DNA of 64,000 nucleotides from Centroscyllium fabricii. Lineage: Eukaryota. The stretch spans positions 3,348,001 to 3,412,000 of the forward strand of contig JBNRSN020000016.1 of assembly GCA_051313645.2 (NCBI GenBank). Reading direction: 5' to 3'. The notes beneath the pieces are model-generated. The model ran no database searches. It was not told the DNA's origin and was given only the letters and a program-made list of their open reading frames with translations. Of this stretch, positions 60,620 to 64,000 are shown piece after piece (the first letter of the stretch is position 1; each line of letters begins with the position of its first letter). The translations under genes were made by a program, and so were the position numbers.

Positions 60620-60625
60620 GAGAGA
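60291..60625. repeat. (GA)n microsatellite with GTCA/GTGT interruptions
   Basis: The same satellite type occurs at 43740-43880, 44242-44306, 54174-54224, 54756-54830 and 58148-58195. Confidence 0.95.
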
Positions 60626-61795
60626 CTCATTGAAAGTGGGATGGGGGAAAACATACGATGTAATTAAATCAATGTACACAGGTAACAAATGTGCAGTTAA
60701 AATCGGAGATAAACAAACAAAATATTTCTCACAGGGTCGTGGCGTGGCACAGGGCTCGTCTATCTCACCGACTCTTTTTAACATTTATATAAATAAACTG
60801 GCAAAAATACTGGAACAATCTACAGCACCTGGCCTCGCCCTACATGACTCCGAGGTCAAATTCCTCCTGTATGCAGATGATCTGGTTCTGCTGTCACCGA
60901 CAGAAGAGGGTCTATGGCAGAACCTTGATCGGTTAGAGTCATTCTGCCAGAATTGGGCCTTGAAAATAAACCCCAAAAAAATTAAAGTCCTTGTGTTCCA
61001 GCAAAGATCCAGACATCAGGGAACCAAAACAAACTTCACACTAGGAGCAACAAAAATCGAACAAACTACAAACTACACATACTTAGGCTTAAAAATCAGT
61101 TCCACGGGAAATTTTCACTTGGCTGTGAATGAACTGAAAGAGAAAGCTAAAAGGGCTTTCTATGCCATTAAAAAGTCAATCCAAATAGAAATTCCACTTG
61201 GCATTTGGATCAAAATTTTTAATTCTGTAATTGAACCAATTGCACTTTATGGCAGCGAGGTGTGGGGTCTGCTAACACACCACAAATTTGCAAAATGGGA
61301 CAAACACCCAATTGAGACCCTACATGCTGAATTCTGTAAGAGTATCCTCCGGACTCAGAGGAAAACCACAAACAATGCATGCAGGGCAGAGTTAGGCCAA
61401 TATCCACTATTAATTAATATCCAAAAAAGAGCAATCAAATTCTGGAAACATCTAAAACTGAGCAACCCCCACAGCTATCACTACAAAGCCCTGAAATGCC
61501 AAGAAGCGAACATAAAGAGAAGTCCCCTCAGCCAACTAGTCCTGGGACTTAGCGGAGTAACTACTAACACTACTGGTAACAACCAACTTAGCGGAGTAAC
61601 TACTAACACTACTGGTAACAACCAACTTAGCGAAGTAACTACTAACACTACTGGTATCAACCAGCCCCAGGACAGTGACATCCTAGCACTCAGAATCCGA
61701 CCCAACACAATTATTACTAAACAAAAAGAAAAATACTTGAATTACTGGACAGAAATGACAAAAACCCAAAACAAACGAGATTGTTATTTGGCCCT
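60626..61795 (+). mobile_element. RTE-X-like unit F (same subfamily as B), interrupted by a Gypsy element
   Basis: ORF 60630+ is nearly identical to 51545-53400 once the MITE is removed. Confidence 0.88.
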
Positions 61796-64000
61796 TGTAG
61801 TATCGTCGATTACTCCAATTAAAAGATGACAAGTAGATACCGAAACTAAAAGGCTTTTAATTGCTAAACAATGGAGCTACTCTCCAGACGAACAACTGTA
61901 CAGAACAGGGTGGAGCCACACCTATATAGAGGCTCACAAGGGGAGGAGTTGGGGGTGTGGCTGACCTGGCTCCCAACAAGATTACAGTAAACAGGGCTGT
62001 GCCCAACATCTGCACAGCCCATAATTAGTCATGGTAATACATTGGAATAACTGTGGAATATAGTGGAATAGAACGGTTACCACATTCACCCCTTCTTAAA
62101 AACTTTGAGTCCAGGGGGGTGAATGGATCGAACAGTTCATTATAAGACGGTCCAGCGGTAGTTTCTTCCTGGAGGACTGTCGGCGCACCGGTGTTGGAGG
62201 TGATGCCTCCATGGTTGAATAGTCCGCCTCTGCCGGCGCTGTGACTTCCGGTGGCGGTGTGCTCGTCGGGTCGCAGTCAGGGAAACTCGGGGGCAATCCT
62301 GTGTCTGGTGGGTGAACAACTTGATGGCCGGCGGGGGGTGCTGTCGTGGTGTTTCCGGCCGGGGCCAGGTCCCTGATGGACACGGTGTCCTCACGCCCGT
62401 CTGGGAACTGCACGAAGGCGTAGTGCGGGTTGGCGTGTAGTAGCTGTACCTTGTCCACCAGGGGGTCCGTTTTGTGGCTCCGGACGTGTCTCTTAAGTAA
62501 AACCGGCCCCGGAGTCGTCAGCCATGGGGGAAGGGCTGTTCCCGAAGTAGACCTCCTGTGGAACGAAAAAATGAGATCATGCGGAGTGGCGTTAGTAGCA
62601 GTACACAACAGTGATCGGATAGAGTGCAGCGCATCTGGGAGGACTGCCTGCCAATGGGACACTGGAAGGCCTCTGGACTTGAGAGCCAGGGTGACCGCCT
62701 TCCAGATGATCCCATTCTCCCTTTCTACCTGGCCATTCCCCCGGGGGTTATAACTGGTCGTTCTGCTCGTGGCAACCCCTCTCTGGAGCAGAAACTGGCG
62801 CAGTTCATCGCTCATGAACGATGACCCCCGGTCGCTATGGATGTAGCCGGGGAGACCGAAAATGGCGAACAGCGTGGTGAAGTGTTTGATCACCGTTGCG
62901 CTCATCATATCTGGGCAGGGGAAAGCGAAGGGGAAGCGGGAGAACTCATCCACTACCGTGAGGAAGTATGAGTTGCGGTCAGTGGAGGGGAGGGGGCCTT
63001 TGAAGTCTACGCTGAGACGTTCAAAGGGGTGGGTGGCCTTGATGAGATGCGTCGTGTCTGGCCGGAAAAAGTGGGGTTTGCACTCGGCACAGACAGGGCA
63101 CTCTCTGGTTATATCCTTGATCTCTGTGATGGAGTAGGGGAGGCTACGGGATTTGACGAAATGGGCGAGTCTGGTGACACCCGGGTGACAAAGGCGGTCG
63201 TGGAGGTCCTTCAGCCGGTCTAGCTGGGCACTGGCGCACGTTCCCCTGGACAGTGCGTCCGGGGGTTCATTGAGTTTACCTGGTCGGTAAAGAATGTCGT
63301 ACTCGTAAGTCGAGAGTTCGATCCGCCACTGCAGGATCTTATCATTCTTGATTTTACCCCGTAGTTTATTATTAAACATAAACGCCACCGAACGTTGGTC
63401 GGTGAGCAGGGTAAAACGCTTACCGGCCAGGTAATGACGCCAGTAGTGCACGGCCTCCACAATGGCCTGAGCCTCCTTTTCCACTGCAGAGTGGCGAGTC
63501 TTGGGTCCCTGTAGGGTGTGGGAGAAAAACGCTATGGGCCTGCCTGCCTGATTCAGGGTGGCAGCAAGGGCAAAGTCCGAAGCGTCGCTCTCCACCTGGA
63601 AGGGAATGGATTCATCAACAGCGAGCATGGTCGCCTTGACGATGTCTTCCTTTATCCTTGCAAAAGCCGTCTGGGCTTCTGCAGAAAGGGGGAAGGCGGC
63701 AGCCTTGAGAAGTGGTCTAGCCTTATCTGCGAACTGTGGGACCCATTGTGCATAATAGGAGAAAAATCCTAGGCATCTCCTCAAGGCTTTGGGGTTGTGA
63801 GGTAGGGGCAGTTCTTGCAGGGGTCGCATACGCTGTGGGTCGGGGCCGAGGAGCCCGTTCTCCACCACGTATCCGAGAATGGCGAGCCGGGTTGTATTAA
63901 AGACACATTTGTCTTTGTTATACGTAAGGTCCAGCTTGTCCGCCGTGGCGAGGAATTTGGCCAGATTGGCATTGTGGTCCTGCTGGTCGTGGCCGCAGAT
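61796..64000 (-). mobile_element. Second Gypsy element (3' LTR 61796-62084, PPT, pol RT-RH-IN), running off the window
   Basis: ORF 62096-63868 is homologous to the 48194-51022 pol. PPT gaaggggtgaa (minus strand) precedes a TG..CA LTR. Confidence 0.92.

Noticed and set aside
60394-60633. Arg/Glu-rich ORF
   Set aside because: Translation of the (GA)n microsatellite.

Overview
Eukaryotic (vertebrate) genomic DNA. The repeat content (esterase-ORF1 CR1 LINEs, V-domain HE1-like SINEs, Deu-domain SINEs, Penelope-like elements) suggests a cartilaginous fish; this is inference. Bases ~1-41,900 carry exons 2-10 of LSM14A (RAP55A; Lsm, FDF, FFD, TFG and RGG regions) on the + strand. The exons have canonical GT-AG boundaries and compatible phases, end in ...EYRKDNKVAA*, and are followed by a long, repeat-poor probable 3' UTR. 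Exon 1 lies upstream of the window. The introns are packed with CR1, L2 and Vingi-like LINEs, SINEs, MITEs and a 56-bp minisatellite. From ~43,740 to the end is a nest of transposable elements: at least six co-oriented RTE-X-like non-LTR retrotransposon copies, each bracketed by a (GA)n/GAGTCA microsatellite, which suggests microsatellite targeting. They carry a covarying 3' stem-loop where the 3' end is visible. Inserted into them are a Penelope-like element with minimal hammerhead cores, a complete Gypsy LTR element, a Harbinger-like MITE and a second Gypsy element. The complete Gypsy element has a YLDN RT motif and a primer-binding site complementary to its own LTR, suggesting self-priming. 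There are two N gaps (10722-10880, 54035-54173). All family calls come from motif recognition only; no database search was run.
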